Assembly (NCBI GenBank): GCA_965153455.1
Contig: OZ234493.1
Coordinates: 36,384,213 to 36,448,212, forward strand
Origin: Sphagnum compactum
Taxonomy: Eukaryota
DNA: 64,000 bases
Direction: 5' to 3'
Shown here: one piece after another, positions 1-14,090 of the stretch
Layout of the letters: the number at the start of each line of letters is the position of its first letter
How positions within the stretch are numbered: the first letter of the stretch is position 1
Made by a program: the position numbers and the translations under genes
The notes under the pieces: model-generated
Told to the model about the DNA's origin: nothing
Seen by the model: the letters and a program-made list of their open reading frames with translations, nothing else
The model's database searches: none

Positions 1-3000
1 CAACCATATGTTTGGTAAGACCTTATAAGAGTACTCAACAAGTAAAACAATTTGGCCTTTGTTGTCTTTTCTACCTCTTTTCTACTCTTTACTTGACTTC
101 TGCACAATTCATTTTGAGCTCTCCAATTGTGTCAGTGGCTACGACTACAATGCCATGCTACTAATTTTCATCACTGTTTTGAGCACAATGTCTATTCCTA
201 GGTCTTTCACTTGAAAAGGGTTCAGACATTCCAATATAGAGCTCCCATATCTTGGGCCCATTGCTTGGATGTGGTTATGTCTCTTAAAGTACAGAAATGT
301 GTTCTACTAATGTTCTTCAATCGCACCCGCAATTTCATAGAGTACCTCAACATGGTTCACTAGGCTTATGTGTTGTAATGCACTTCTTCATTTTTCCTTT
401 CAAGGTAGAGAGGCTCTACTTTTGTACAAGATGAAACCTGATACAGAGTCTGTGCAGGAACTTGCATGACAGGTGAACCAGCCAGTTGTTGATTTTATTA
501 CCCATGAACACAATCAACAAGTGATTTAGCTGCTCAATTGGCTGGTCTCTTTAAATCTATTTCCAACTCTACTACCAACCAACCTTATGAGTCCAATTTG
601 TGTCCAAGAGATTGTCGATTGTTACTTCCATAGGAGGAGATTTCTCAAGAGTACATTTAATTATCAGATTGATGTTGGGATTGGAATTCCAATATCTGAT
701 GGTAGCATTCCATAGAATGTTCTGTTGTATATGCATATCATCCCATTTGGCATTGTGGGATCAATGTGGGATCAATCTGTTGAATGTGTTATATATTTCT
801 CACATATAATGCATGGTTTGGTCCAAAGCAAGGAGAGGTGCAGGTCCCTCGTCATCTAGGCTCTTCAGAAGTGGGGTTAAGCACATCCTGAGAGTGGATT
901 TCATATCTCTCACAGCAGCAGTGGGCACCTTCAATACATGCTTCACAATGAACCTCCTATCCTCTGTTCACCATGGTACTCAGATGCAGAGTCTTCAGCA
1001 GTGGTTGAAGATTGTCAAATCTTCGTTTGTTTTTCAACCTATGTTGTTAATGATCCATGTACCGTCTACCTACCAGCTAGTCTTCTAAATGCATAATCGT
1101 ATGTTTGGAAACAGTTGGACATGTCTTGGAATTATTTGCCAGCATCCTCATAGTCCATCATGTTCAAGTCTTCATCTTCAACCCTAAATACCTCACAATT
1201 AGCATTGTTGAATCATGTAATAACTCTTCATTTGATTATCCATGTGTAAATGCTGTGGACTTTCAAAGTTCTAAGCTTGGAATTAAAGTTTACTTGGAGA
1301 TTTATGCAAATCGCACCTTCAATTTTGATGTGCATAAATGCAGGTAACAAGATCATTCTTCCTTCCACTTGCACTTAAGTTTGTAAGAAGCACTTACAGT
1401 AAAGGCTATCCTCTATTACTACGCTCACGATGTAATATTCAAATGAATTTAAATTACTTTAAACTCCACACATATAGCAAAAATTTGCATATATTACATG
1501 TACAATGTGACTCATTGAAATTTACTTTATAAGTACTTTATTTGTTGCACAACATAGAATCATACTATATTGAAAACAACTTTAGACATTTAGTGGGTTT
1601 GAGTTTAAAGTTGTCGCTTGACCTTGACCTCGGGGTGTGTACATATGGCTTATAAGGCACATACTAAATCACATTATATGAATTAATGCATGTCCCAGCT
1701 CTTCACCAAAATATTATCCCCATCACACAAAGATAAGAACTTCCAACTGAAAAAATATCCCCATCACAAGGATAATAACCTCCCATAAGTGACCATCCTT
1801 AATGTCTTTGCATTGCAAGATCCATGAGGTTGCAGAGAAAACTCCATAATAAGTCTTTGAAGGTAACAATTATGTAAGTTCCAATAAACCAAGAGACATG
1901 ATAAGAATAACTGTCTTACCTCCTGCTAACTTCCACAGTTCCGAAGGATGGGTGCAGATAAATATGGAGCAATCTTTTCAAAATTTGGAGAAAATGATTG
2001 ATCAAAAATCTGCAATCAAGTTTCTATCACATTTCTGAAGGCAATGAGAAGAAATGGCCTCTATTCTCAAAGTCATGACGTTGGCTAGAGGTAACACTCG
2101 AGAGACATAACAAATACAAGCAAGCATCTAAGCACAAGGCTCGGAGAGGCCTACATACCAGGTAGTGGTCCAAAGGACTCCTGCACCCTGAATGTATCCT
2201 TTTAAGCAAACCATTCATTTCTTGCAAACCCCTTTAATCAAACTCTAGACCCCAAGCCCTCTTTTCTTCAGCTCTTCAGTGGATCAGATAAATAACGTTC
2301 TGCATGGCAATTATTTACAACTTGCAGTCCACCAACTTGTCCCCATTTAAATAACATATTCCCTACTGCTGTGTTGTTACAAACAAAAATACTGTGTAAT
2401 TTTCCCCACAGGGAAAGTGCACATCACTGTGCCCATTAACCTGTTTAATCCACTAAACCAAATAGAGGAGATGACCATGACAGTGAAAATTGATTGCAGA
2501 CATATTTTGATGAAAACCCAATTAGTGATCTCTATTATGAAGTTGTAGTTGAGGGAGTCCAGAAGAGGCATCTTTTCAGGCCTCTAAGAACATAAGGGAA
2601 ACTGCATCAACCTTCTCTTTTTCAGTTAGGAAAATTCCATTCATTTGCTCTAAGAAGACAATCCAGCAACCTTTTCAAGGCTTCCTCAAACAGGACCGAC
2701 TGGACAGGCTGGGGTATGGCAATTGGGCATGATGAGAGAGTGCTGCAATACCTAAGTACCCCTTTGCTTCACCAGAATTTCTTTGCATAAAATTGGCTGC
2801 CATTGACACATCAGTGCTTCAACTAATGCTGCCCAGGCATCTTCTGCCATGTACCTGTCTGTACCTGCACAATCCATTCATTGAGAATAAGACCCACAAA
2901 GCTTAACATCTTCAGCCATGCTGGAGACAACAATATGCTGTAGCAATGATAGCAATCAATTTATAGAACACCTGGCCACTATGCATTTGGAGTTCAAAAG

Positions 3001-3468
3001 TTGCAGAGAAATGCTGAACTCCTGAACCAACACAAAACCAACCTGCAGCTCAATGTTTAACCTGTAAACCAACCCAAAAACCTACCTGCAGCTCAATACT
3101 GAAGCTCAGAATGCCAGGCAATTATGCTGAATTACATGCGTGTGCTAAGATGTATTGATTGTTGTCAGCACACTTCTAAGTCCTGGACTGAGTTGCAAGC
3201 TAGCACTCCAACAAAACACATTGCTCCCTCCAGCAGGAATGAGCTTATCCTTCTCCCTCTGAGATCTGTACCCAACCATCTTCACTTTGTTAACACAATC
3301 ACCTCAACGCCTTACTGGAACATGAAGCTCTTTATCTTTAGGACATTTGCATTTGGTATTAAGTTTGCAGGGAAGTGCAGGAAAGCATACTGAACAATGC
3401 AGAACTCACCACTGTGCTGGAATATGATAACATCTACCATCCTCTCTTTTTCCAGCTCCTTATAGTTT

Positions 3469-6400
3469 TCATTGTTTACCACCAATTGCACGACTCCCAA
3501 ATAGCCTAGTCTTCAACTTGTGAAAAGAATTTGACTTAGAGGTGTTGTTTGTTGTCATCTGTTGCGATTTTCCATGGCCCCTTGTGACCTCAGCTGGACT
3601 ATTGGTATTAGAATCATGGCTAGCTTCATAATCCTTGTGAACACTTATAGCTGTTGTGCCCTTACTACCCTGTGAAGCCCGCCTTGACATGATTGACACA
3701 ACTTCCTGGGAGGGAAATGCAAAAAAGCTTGAGTCATCAAAAGACTGAGGTTCAAAATCAGACTTCATCTCCTGAGCATCTGCTCTATCAGCCACCTCAG
3801 ATTCAGTATTGCGAAGCTCTTGATCATTTGTATGCATGCCATCAGAATTTGATATTGACGTCAATGTGAGCGGTAATGAATCATTAGAAGGATCAAGCTC
3901 CATGTCCTCAAGACCACTGCGGAAACCATTTGGAAAACTGTTTTGCAAGTCACTCTGTATCCCATTTTGTGACAAGGTTGAAAATCCATTTTGACACACC
4001 CCATTCAGAACTTCCCCATCCTGGGATTCAGAATTGACTTCAATTTTTAGTTTCTCCTTGAAGGATCTTTTTGACTTCTTCATGCTTTTTGACTCCAAGC
4101 GCTTTAGACTCCTTGGTTTCTGAAGGTCACCATTTCGAAGCTTGGGAGGTGTCACCAGAAAAAGGCGTGACATGACATAAGCCAAAAGCTCTTCACGATT
4201 CCCAAAAGTAAAATCCAAATGTGCGTACTCAAATTCATTATATGAAACCTTACAACCAGCATCCCGAAGGGTTCGATAGTGTTTCCTGACCATTGAGCAA
4301 GGAATCAAGCGGTCCTTCAAACCTGCGACCAAGTCGACAGGGATATCAATGACCCCGTAATTAGCCCCAATGTCTAGAGGCTCTGGCGTTCCATAAGCTT
4401 CTATATTGGCAAGCACACTCCCAAAATCAAACATGATGAAACGTTTTACACGCATCATCTGAGCTAAGTGATGGGCCACTTGGAAAGAGACACCTGGCAT
4501 GTCATCCATGTTGTAATGTGACATGCCAATTGCACCAACCCAGTTAGAGCTGTCACCACCGACAGCCCAGCTTAATAAGGTTTGAACTAAGCCCCCTATT
4601 GCTGGATAGTTCTGGAAATCTCGAGCAAGCTTGTTGAAGACCCCTCGAAAAAACCTTGTTGGTATGTAAAGCCCAGGAATGAGAGGGCCTACAATTGGAG
4701 CCACGAAAGGAATTGCATATTGCATCAAAGCACAAAAGGCAGGAGCATCTTGGTGGAATCCAGCAGGTGAGAGGAGTATTAGTCTTGAGAGATAGTGAGG
4801 TTTATTCTCCAAGCACCGTGTTACCACATACATAAGGATTGATGCACCTCCCAAGCTATGAGCAACACCACATAATGAATAAGGAAGCTGTTCACAATCA
4901 CAGTTCACAGGATTTGAAGGGCTTAGTTCATCTTGAACATCTCTCAAGTCATACATCTTAATTTGATGGATCCTTGTTAGCATTGCTGGAATGTCTTGAG
5001 TGCCATGCTCATTGACTGAGTACCGCCAATACCTGTTAAATGGCAAGCGAGGTTCATCAAAGTGAAGCAAAGATTTTGAAAAAAAGAGATGGCCACAAGT
5101 GGTTCTCATTAAGATTCTCAAACCCCTACTAAGAAGAAGCAGCACCAGCAGCAGAAGGAATACACTGCAAGAGAAGATGTTACTACTGAGAAATTGAACT
5201 GAACAGCACACCTTTGGGCTGATATGTGCTTATTGACATGTTCCCGTGACGCCAAGCCCCGAAAATTACCCAGAAACACATCATAGCCTGCAAAATACAG
5301 AAACCGTCTCCCATAAGCAGCATCAAAGTGACTTCTATAGTGCATAGTAGCACACTAGCATCTTCATGCTCCAAAGACCACAGTAATTTTTCAACAACCA
5401 CATCATTCTCTCTAGATGCTATGTCTTCATATTCCACACCATGCCAAGCTAAGAGCATAAATACAGGAAAGCTTCACTTCACTAGATCTTTACCTTGATC
5501 ATAAGCAGCAAAAGCTTGAGAGCCCACAACTCCACTAGAGACCCACCTGTCAAAGCAGACAAACCAGGTCAATTTGATAAAACAAACACCTACCTGAAGA
5601 CCATCAACAGATTTGCTAGTATAGACTAGACTACAAATGCAATAATCCTATTGCCTTGTCAAAATCTCAAGGCTTGTTTAAGCTTACCCTAGAGAAGAGT
5701 CTAGCAACCCATGTTGCAAATACAGCACCTTTCGAGAATTTTGTCTGCACACACAGACATCTGCATATGATTAGTACAAAACTTGTTCAAAAGTCCATTG
5801 GAAGCAGAAAATTGCAATCATGCTTGTAGATCCATAGGTCCCCTGAATAGGAAACTGAATTCAGTATCAGGCACTTATGTAGATTTGATGATTGTTGACA
5901 TGCCTGGGAATTCGCTCAAGTAAAAGAACATGACCATCAGCTGTAGTCACTCGCAGTGCTTCATATGGATACCTGGCACATATCAGGAACTTGTTCAAAA
6001 CTGATAAAGAATTGTGAAGGAAATGAGAAGACACTAGAGTACGCAAAACCTTGCACAGGACATGGATCACCATTATGGATTTTGTCCTCACTCCTGTTAG
6101 CTCAGTGCTGTGAGACTCAACCAAAAACTCTCTCGTCCTTGTGAGCTATCATGGCTAAGAATGAATCCTAATGGAAACCTTATATAGTTCAAGCTGGCAA
6201 GAGTTGACACAATACTTACCCCAGTCCAATGATGACATCCTCACAAGTGCGGCTATCAGTATTCAAAGTCTGTTCACGTTTGATCTGCTTCTGTGGAGTA
6301 GGGTCTGCATTGCCCAATGTGGCTGTGTCAACAATCTCCAGCTGAGAATCATCATACGGATTGCAGACAAAGCACCATCTGAAAAATAGCTTCATTGTCT

Positions 6401-8564
6401 CAAATGGTGACAACCCAAAATAGATCAAATTTCGCACAATATCAAACACGCGTTCAATGAACAGCTCCACTGAGAGTTGCAAATCCTGTTACACAAGACA
6501 AAGTAGGTTAATAATACAAAAAAGAACAACATAAACCCAGAACCCCACAAGAAATCAGTAATTTGCTCACTAGGGTATAGGCGTATCCTTGAATATTGGA
6601 GATGGTTTGGAGAAAAACAAACCTCCACAATACCACGTCTCAGGTCTCCAGTTTGTTTCGGCATCATGAAGTCTTTAACCCCACTGAAGTGGCGAGTAGC
6701 AATGCTATACATGCGACTGAGACTTCCAGAACTGGAGTTCAATTCATGTGAGCCTCTGAGTCCACTTGAGGTTCTTGCTCTAGGTGTCACTTGGGAATGC
6801 CCTCCTGTGCCCCTGCTGCAACATGAAGACACCACCAGTTGGCACATCAATACATGCCACAGATCACTAAGTATAGGCAACCATAAATTGCAATCAGAAG
6901 CACAGCATTGGCAAGTACTACATCTTTCTAATGTCATTCAATTTGCTTGACAGATTGATCAAGCATAGGGCCTCACAATTTTACAAAGCACAACAGATCC
7001 ATATTTCTGGTTTTTTGTATTACAAGGCAAGTTCCAGCTTCAATTTCTCTTCCAATCCTGCTTGTAGGGTACTGCAGAAAACTATGTATTTAGCAGTTGC
7101 ATATGAAGGTCTAGAAGACACTATAAGACAAACTTGATATGCATGAGATCCTTCAATTGATCATGATATTTAAATTGTGATCTGAAGCATGCCAGCAAGG
7201 TTGATGGCCAACTTTGTTCCTTGCAAACCAACACATGGTGGGAATTTCAAGTAATTGACAATTTGTTTACAGTTTTGCAGTCAGCATATGACACAAAATG
7301 GGAAGCTGAAAAATACCAGGCATGGAATGGACATGTCAATTTTCGAATCACCCGCTTCCAAAAGGAGGAGCTGTGTCGGCGCTCGTGCCGACTATGTATA
7401 CTGCTTGCTCTTGAAAAATGTGAGGTTTGAGAAGCAGGTGATGAAGGTGGCAAACTGTTGTTATCTTCCAAGCCTGACTCATATTCTGATTCAGTTTCTG
7501 ATTCACTGTCTGAATCAGACTCATGAATGAATTGGTTGAACGATGATACACCTCTGTAAAAATGGGAAAAGAACCACAAACAATTCAGCAGAGAAGACAA
7601 TGGGAAATCTTGCAAGCAAGCACTTGCTGTTTCTCAAATGCATGAAAGCAATACTCACTCTTCCATCCACTGTGGCAATCGCGGTGCACGAAATGTCGGA
7701 TGAAGTTCCCATCCTTGAATACCCTCCAAACTCGCCTTTGCAGGCAACAAGGCAAGGACAAGTGCTGAGAATCCATTGATGAACCTGACAGTGCTGTTGA
7801 ATGATTCTTGGCTGAAGGTCTTCAATGATCTGAATCAACAAAAGAAGATTAAAAAAAACTGAAAAGAAGAAAATACTTAACTGGTTTTTTTTGCAAGAAC
7901 CACACTCAGTTCTTCAGCCTTAGTTCTTGCTGTCTATGGATGGGGTTTTGCAACTGGTGTTGGAACTAAAACCCTAGATAACAACATTCCCGAAACAATT
8001 CCAATGCCTCAAGGCAATTTATGCACCGCATGCCAGTGTTCCACAAGCTTCTTTCGACAATGATGACCTCACAAATCAAAAGCCGCGCTTCTTCACGAAG
8101 CCTCCCTGTAGGAGAAGACCACACACTGACCTTTTTTTTCTTTTTTTTCTTTTTTCCTTTTTTCCTGCATCAGCGACTTGTGAAGGGAGATGAAGGACCA
8201 GATCTACTCGACAGGATGATTGCATGCGAAGAGTATTACTTCTCTCTGACTTGTTGGAGAAATGGACAACGACAAGCAAAAACTCCAAATGATTTTCTAC
8301 AACATCCTCCCAAAAAAACCATTCTTTATGCTCCTATCTACATTGCGGACTGACACAAAAGAATCAAAATCATTCTTTCGGTTCCGATCTACATTGCCGA
8401 ATCACATGCGAAGACTCAAAAACATTCTTCACTTTTCCAAATTGCAGGAGCAAGGTAGGAATCTGCAGTTGCAAATAAGACAGGTCAAAAGAGAAGAGAA
8501 GAGAAAGAGGGCCTCTTACTTACTCCTTGACTACTCCCAAGACACCATCGATAAACCTTTGCAT
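3469..8564 (-). CDS. Alpha/beta-hydrolase, acid/gastric triacylglycerol-lipase-like family (resembles Arabidopsis At1g73920/At1g18460 type); 10 coding exons, ~907 aa
   Basis: Hand-spliced exons (minus): 8564-8524, 7829-7659, 7553-7317, 6812(or 6815)-6623, 6485-6220, 5972-5904, 5744-5688, 5546-5494, 5287-5212, 5032-3469. Total 2724 nt, in frame, ending in a stop. Motifs: MQRFIDGVLGVVKE, GWELHPTFRAPRLPQW, YPYEALRVTTADG..LLERIPR, YLQHGLLDSS.GWV, GYDVFLGNFRG, nucleophile AHSLGG, GLKD, YAHLDF. All introns are GT-AG except one GC-AG. Confidence 0.92.
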
Positions 8565-10562
8565 CCATCCCCCACGCCCGACCATCACTACACCGGCAAC
8601 GAATCCTCCAAACTCTCCCCTCTTCCCAAAACAAATCCAATCAACCACCAAAACACCCAGCTTCAACTTCTTCTTCTTTTCTCTCCAAACACACTGACTC
8701 TACCACCCACAAGCGCGGCCACGCGAACACCCACGCACCACCACCACCACAACAAACACTCGCAAATCTCCACCAGCTCACCTCCACACTCGAACTTTTC
8801 TGAATCTTTCTCACAAAGACGACAACAACAACAAGAGATCTAACTCATTGACTACAACTTTCTGGCAATTTTCTCCCCACCACCACCACCGTCATCATCA
8901 TCAACAAGAACAGGGAACAACAACAACAAAAACAAAATTGTGTCTCGTAACTTACAAAGTACGATACTTTAGTCCCTTAAGGCTTACTTCAAGTCAGAGT
9001 AAAAACACTCCATCATAGTTTGTGAAAGATTTTCTTTCTTCAAGTCCATTACATATCATGTTGTCTATATTTTAAGGGCCTCTTTTAACTCCTCTTGCCA
9101 AGTCATAGTAAAAACATATCATTATTCCAAGTCATTAGTGGGTATCAAACCTTTCTTACGTTTTTGAAATCATTTCTTCCTATGAGCGGCTCTAATTTGA
9201 AAGGAACCAAAGAGGGGAGATTATTCTTTCTTTCGATGCCTTTTTAACACATCATCAGCTTCTCTTATTGCTTATGTCAAACCAAAAAAAAGTTGTTGTG
9301 AGATAAAGTGTAAGGATACACTCCAAGAGATCAGTGTTAATAAAAAAAACTTCTTTAATCTCATCAGCAAACATTTTAAGGTCAACCATGTGTACACCTA
9401 ACAATCCATGCTGATTTTCACTTATGTCATTGCTAATCTCTGCTCGAGATGAGCACGAGCTTGACACCCACTATTGTAAAACATCTCATTGTTTTCTAAA
9501 ACTTTTCTTCAGGTCCATCATATATACACATATCATGTTGTGTCTTTCTATCACGAGCTTTCTTCAAGTCCACACAGTACTTATCATATTTTCTCCATTT
9601 TTTAGACTTTCTTTGACATATCATACATATATGGGTTCCAAAGACTATATTATTATTATTATTATTCAGGTTGATTTCTGGACCCACTTGGCATTCTCTC
9701 TTCCCATTTGTATCTGTTACTTGCTTCCGGTACTTGAATCAGTTTTGTTTATTAATCCTTGGTTAAAGAACTAGGGCTTCAGCCTCTTTACAATTGGGAG
9801 AGTTTTGACAAGACGTGTGTCTTTTTGTACTCACCCTCCATTCCTCCTTGTTTAACTTTTCATTGCAATAAAGTTTGGGAGGTTTACATCACATTGCTAG
9901 GTGGGTTGGGGCACATCACATTGGTGAAAGAGTAAAAAAGGGAGGTCATGGTCAACTTGGGACGGAAAGAGTTGAAAGAGTTAGTGTCAAAAAAAATACA
10001 AATAAAAATAAAAATAAAAGTTAGTATTAAAAAAAGGGTTGTTTGGTTAAAGAGTACTTTTTGTTTTGTGAGAGCTTGAGTCTTTTTGTGGGTAGGTGCC
10101 GGCCAGACTACCACCATGTAGGTCGGTTACTTTAAGTACTACGTATATTATTTAGCATTATGTACATTGGCATGAGGTAAGTATGGTTCCACATGGATAT
10201 GAGTGGGGCTTGAATTGACCATTGCGTGGTATGCGATGAGTTGATCAACTTAAGTAGAGACAATAAGTAGAGACAAAGATTAAGTAGTGAGGTGATAGGT
10301 CTTGTTGTCTCCGAGCAGCTTCATGGAAGTTATTACATGTCAAAAGGTTGTCACTAGTTCCCTTGGATAGTTTATTGGGCATAAAGTTGTTGTTAAGGAT
10401 ACATTACACGAAGGTTGTCTCTAACTGGGACAAGTATGCATCATGCAATCCTTGTGATTGGTGTTATAAGGAGTGGTGTTGGTGCAATGAAAAGATCATC
10501 TTTGGCTGCCCTTGCTAACCGCCTCGGAACAGGTTGCTGATTGTGTAGGAGTCATAGGGTGC

Positions 10563-10936
10563 AGTATAGTGTGACTCATATTAACTAGTTGTGGGGACCT
10601 CAAAAAGTTCATTTTTTCTCTTTTGGCGATGGGCATCATTGATTGGTCCATCACAAAAAATTAATAAATCAAGCTTTGCACAATCCCAAAATAGATATAT
10701 ACAAAGTCAGCTAATGAGAAAGAGCAACGTGCAGAAGAGCCTTTTCCATATCCTTTATATACTTTAGCCCAAATCCTTTTCCCCTAAGTTTTACTCTTGT
10801 AACCTATAATAAGCCCAAAGGAGGAGACTACAATACATTTATTTATTTTGGGAATGTTGTAAAGCTTGATTATCTTTTTTTGTGATGGACCAATCAAAGA
10901 TGCCCATCACAACTTTAATATGAGTCACACTATACT
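10563..10936. mobile_element. Foldback/MITE-like element with perfect 22-bp terminal inverted repeats and further internal inverted repeats
   Basis: AGTATAGTGTGACTCATATTAA (10563-10584) is the exact reverse complement of 10915-10936. Inner IR: GATGGGCATCATTGATTGGTCCATCACAAAAAA (~10628-10660) versus ~10876-10908. No coding capacity. Confidence 0.75.
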
Positions 10937-13900
10937 ATACTATTTGTCTTGCATTTTACAAGGCATATATACATATGTTCCACCCCCCTTCCTGAACCGC
11001 CTCACAACCTTTTCTTCCAGAAATTTTGGATGATCCCCTTACAACAAACATAACTACATTTTGTAACAAATTGTCAAATCTACCAACATTTCATTTGTCA
11101 GGTATTCAAGGAAAGGAGGATGAAAAGGTCGTCCTTAAGTTAAGATAAGGGTTTCGAACATGGAATACGGTGGCCACAAATACACGCACTTCTTTTCTTG
11201 TGGATCTAACCGTATCGTCCTTCCCACATGGACTTTCCATTGCGTGCACAATGTGGGCAATGTGATAAGCTTACCCATAATGGAACAACACCTTGCCCAA
11301 TGCCCATATTTGGTGGAGACTTTGGATGAGGTACTAAATTAGGGTTTGACTGGGTGACAGCCACCACCAGATTCATCACAGCACTTTATTAGATCCTCAT
11401 CTTTATCACAGCCAGTTACCAATGCACAAATGCTGCCAGATGGGCTCTGATTTCATGCTGTGTGAAGTTACTTACCCCAGTGTGCCCACAGATGCAATGC
11501 ATGTACTTACTTACTCTACTTTTGTCTCCCTCTCTCTCAGCCTTGAAAAATTTTAGGTCAATTTTCATTTTTGTTACTGAGCATATGATGATCAACTCGG
11601 TGGTCTGCTTCCTTTTTGTTCACAAACATGTAAAAGGGATGAAAATAATTGTTATCTGGGGAGTGTTGTCCCGCAAAGTGTTTATCATTATACATCCAAC
11701 CTATTTGCTTGCTGGCTTGCTTGTCGATCACAACTAGCTCAATTACTTCAAATGATATGCTACAGTGAGCTTGTGCTAATGATGAAAAATTGCGGGTAAA
11801 CATTGCACACCGAGGGGGATTAGAGAAGGAAATGGAAGGACCAAAGTCCTATCAAATTTCATCCCTAAGGCTTATTCTGCTATCAACTATAAATAATGAA
11901 TCATGCAATTTTCAACTGCAAATAACAAGTAACGGAACAGAGTAAGTGCAGTAGAGGAAATGTGGTGCTCAGGCTTTGAGCAAGGACCTAGATTGGATCA
12001 GAAGCAAGAATGGGTTAAAGGAGACTTTGTGCAACAGCTTCAGTAAAGGATTGGTGGAGAAGGGAGAAAAAGGGTTGCCCATCCCTTCTCTAGTAGGCCT
12101 TCTCTAGGGTTTGATGATACCCTAATCCGTACATCTTGTGCCTTGATATCATTTACCCTCGTTGCCCTAAAATGATGTGGCAAATTGGTTCCAGTTGATG
12201 AATTTTATCCATGCACTTTGACCACATTGCTCATGTTTTGAAATTAAACAATACTACTTTTTTGGCTTCTCCATACCTCTTTTCCAAAATGGGGAAGAGC
12301 TCTGTCCATCCCAAGCAATGTTTTCCAAAAATGCTCTAAACCTCAAACTCCTTCCTGATGTTTTTTAAACATCATTTCCAGTTGATATTATTCCAAACCC
12401 TTTCTCATGTCTCCCAAACATAGGGTATGTGACATGGCCAATGTTTAAAAGCAGTACCATGTAACCACCAAATTTTTAAATCATTTCCAAAGAAAATTAT
12501 GTCTCCAAAAATTAATCATCAAGGGGTGTCAAAACAAATCCCATTGAATACAATAGTACCTTGAGGGCTTTTTGAGACAAATTATATTCTTTTTAGAAAT
12601 GGTGAAATTTTCAAAAACTAGTTTTCTTTAAAAACAACAACAAAATTTTGTGAAGGAAATTGAAGAATCTTTTGAAATATTATTGGATATTCTTTTTTCA
12701 AAATGGAATCTTCAAATTTAACTAATTATTTGACAATCATTTGATGTAAGAATTTCGTTATTGAAAGATGGAAAGAAAGAAACGAACAAGTTCTTATGGT
12801 TATGGCTTGTGTTTAATCTGATCTTCGCCTCATTACTTTAAATAGGAACACATTCTTCATCTTTCCAAATTGTATGTATACTTCTAATCTGGATCTAGGA
12901 AGCCTGTACTCTAGTTTAATATCATCAATCTACAAACCTCATATTTCTACACTATAGCTTACAACTTAGAGCTATAGAGCTACTGATTTACAATGTCGAG
13001 GCTTGGCGCTCCAAGCTAGCACAAACAACAATGGCAATGGAAGAAAGACTCGAACAAAGCAAAAAGATGCAAGGTTTTGCCATGATTTTGGGAGACTTAA
13101 CCATATCCATCACTTTGGAGCTGGGCATTGTTCTTCACGGCCTAAGAATCTGTTGGTTTGTGGGATGAATTTCATTTCAAAGATAGGGAGCAATAGCATT
13201 GTTAGGGATGCCAACCATATCTCTTACTTTGGAGATGGGCATTGTTCATTATGGTCTGAGGCCCCACCAACATGTACCATATCCATCACTTGGAGCTGGG
13301 CATTGTTTTTCATGAACTGAAGCCCCACCAACTGTACATGCTGCTGTTGATCAGGCATTAGCAAATAACAAGGCGGAAAGCTCTTGTCAAATTTGATGCA
13401 TGAGCACCACCTGCATTTCCAATCAGTAACCCCTTCTTGTTCAAACAATCACAGTGCCATATGTAAAAACATGACAAACACACGTAAACCACTGTGTCTG
13501 TTCTTTCTTTCAGGTGCTTAAAAATGAACAAAAACCAAAGGAGAATGATAAGCGTACTTGCCATGGCAATCACTCGACCAAATCAGGGATGAAAACCAGG
13601 AAGCCTATGGCCCCAATATATCTCTTCAATGGTTTCAGGATGTCAGTCACAACAGCAACATAAAGACAAAGATGTAAGTAGCAGGAGTTGCTAAATAGAC
13701 AGGGCTCAGAGTAACTATTGTGTGCAAGCCCTCCCCCCAACACACACATACAACTTCAACTGCCAATTGATGACTGCCTTGAGACAGGTGTTCCAAACTC
13801 ATTGGAAAGTTCTGAAAGCTGCAAAACAAACAAGGAAGATGTTCCAAGAATTTCCTGTTGCAGAAACATGAAATCAACACCTCAACAAATGAAATCCCAC

Positions 13901-14090
13901 ATGAGAAACCCAACAATATGGACAAGCACACCACCATGAGCATCCTGCAAAGACTGAACAGCCCCTGCCATGACCTAGCCCAAAGAAACTCAACATAAAG
14001 ATGTGACATTCCCAACATAAAACCCTCAAACAGTGAGATGAATGTGAAAGTAAAAAAGTTCACATTGCAGGTGGAAACCTGGAGTCCTGA

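Noticed and set aside
1-1560. Short ORFs, possible retroelement remnant
   Set aside because: Only a vague HLSCKFLH resemblance to copia pre-integrase; no supportable motif series.
8262-8843. 193-aa + strand ORF
   Set aside because: Antisense to lipase exon 1, intron 1 and 5' UTR; low-complexity with no domain motif.
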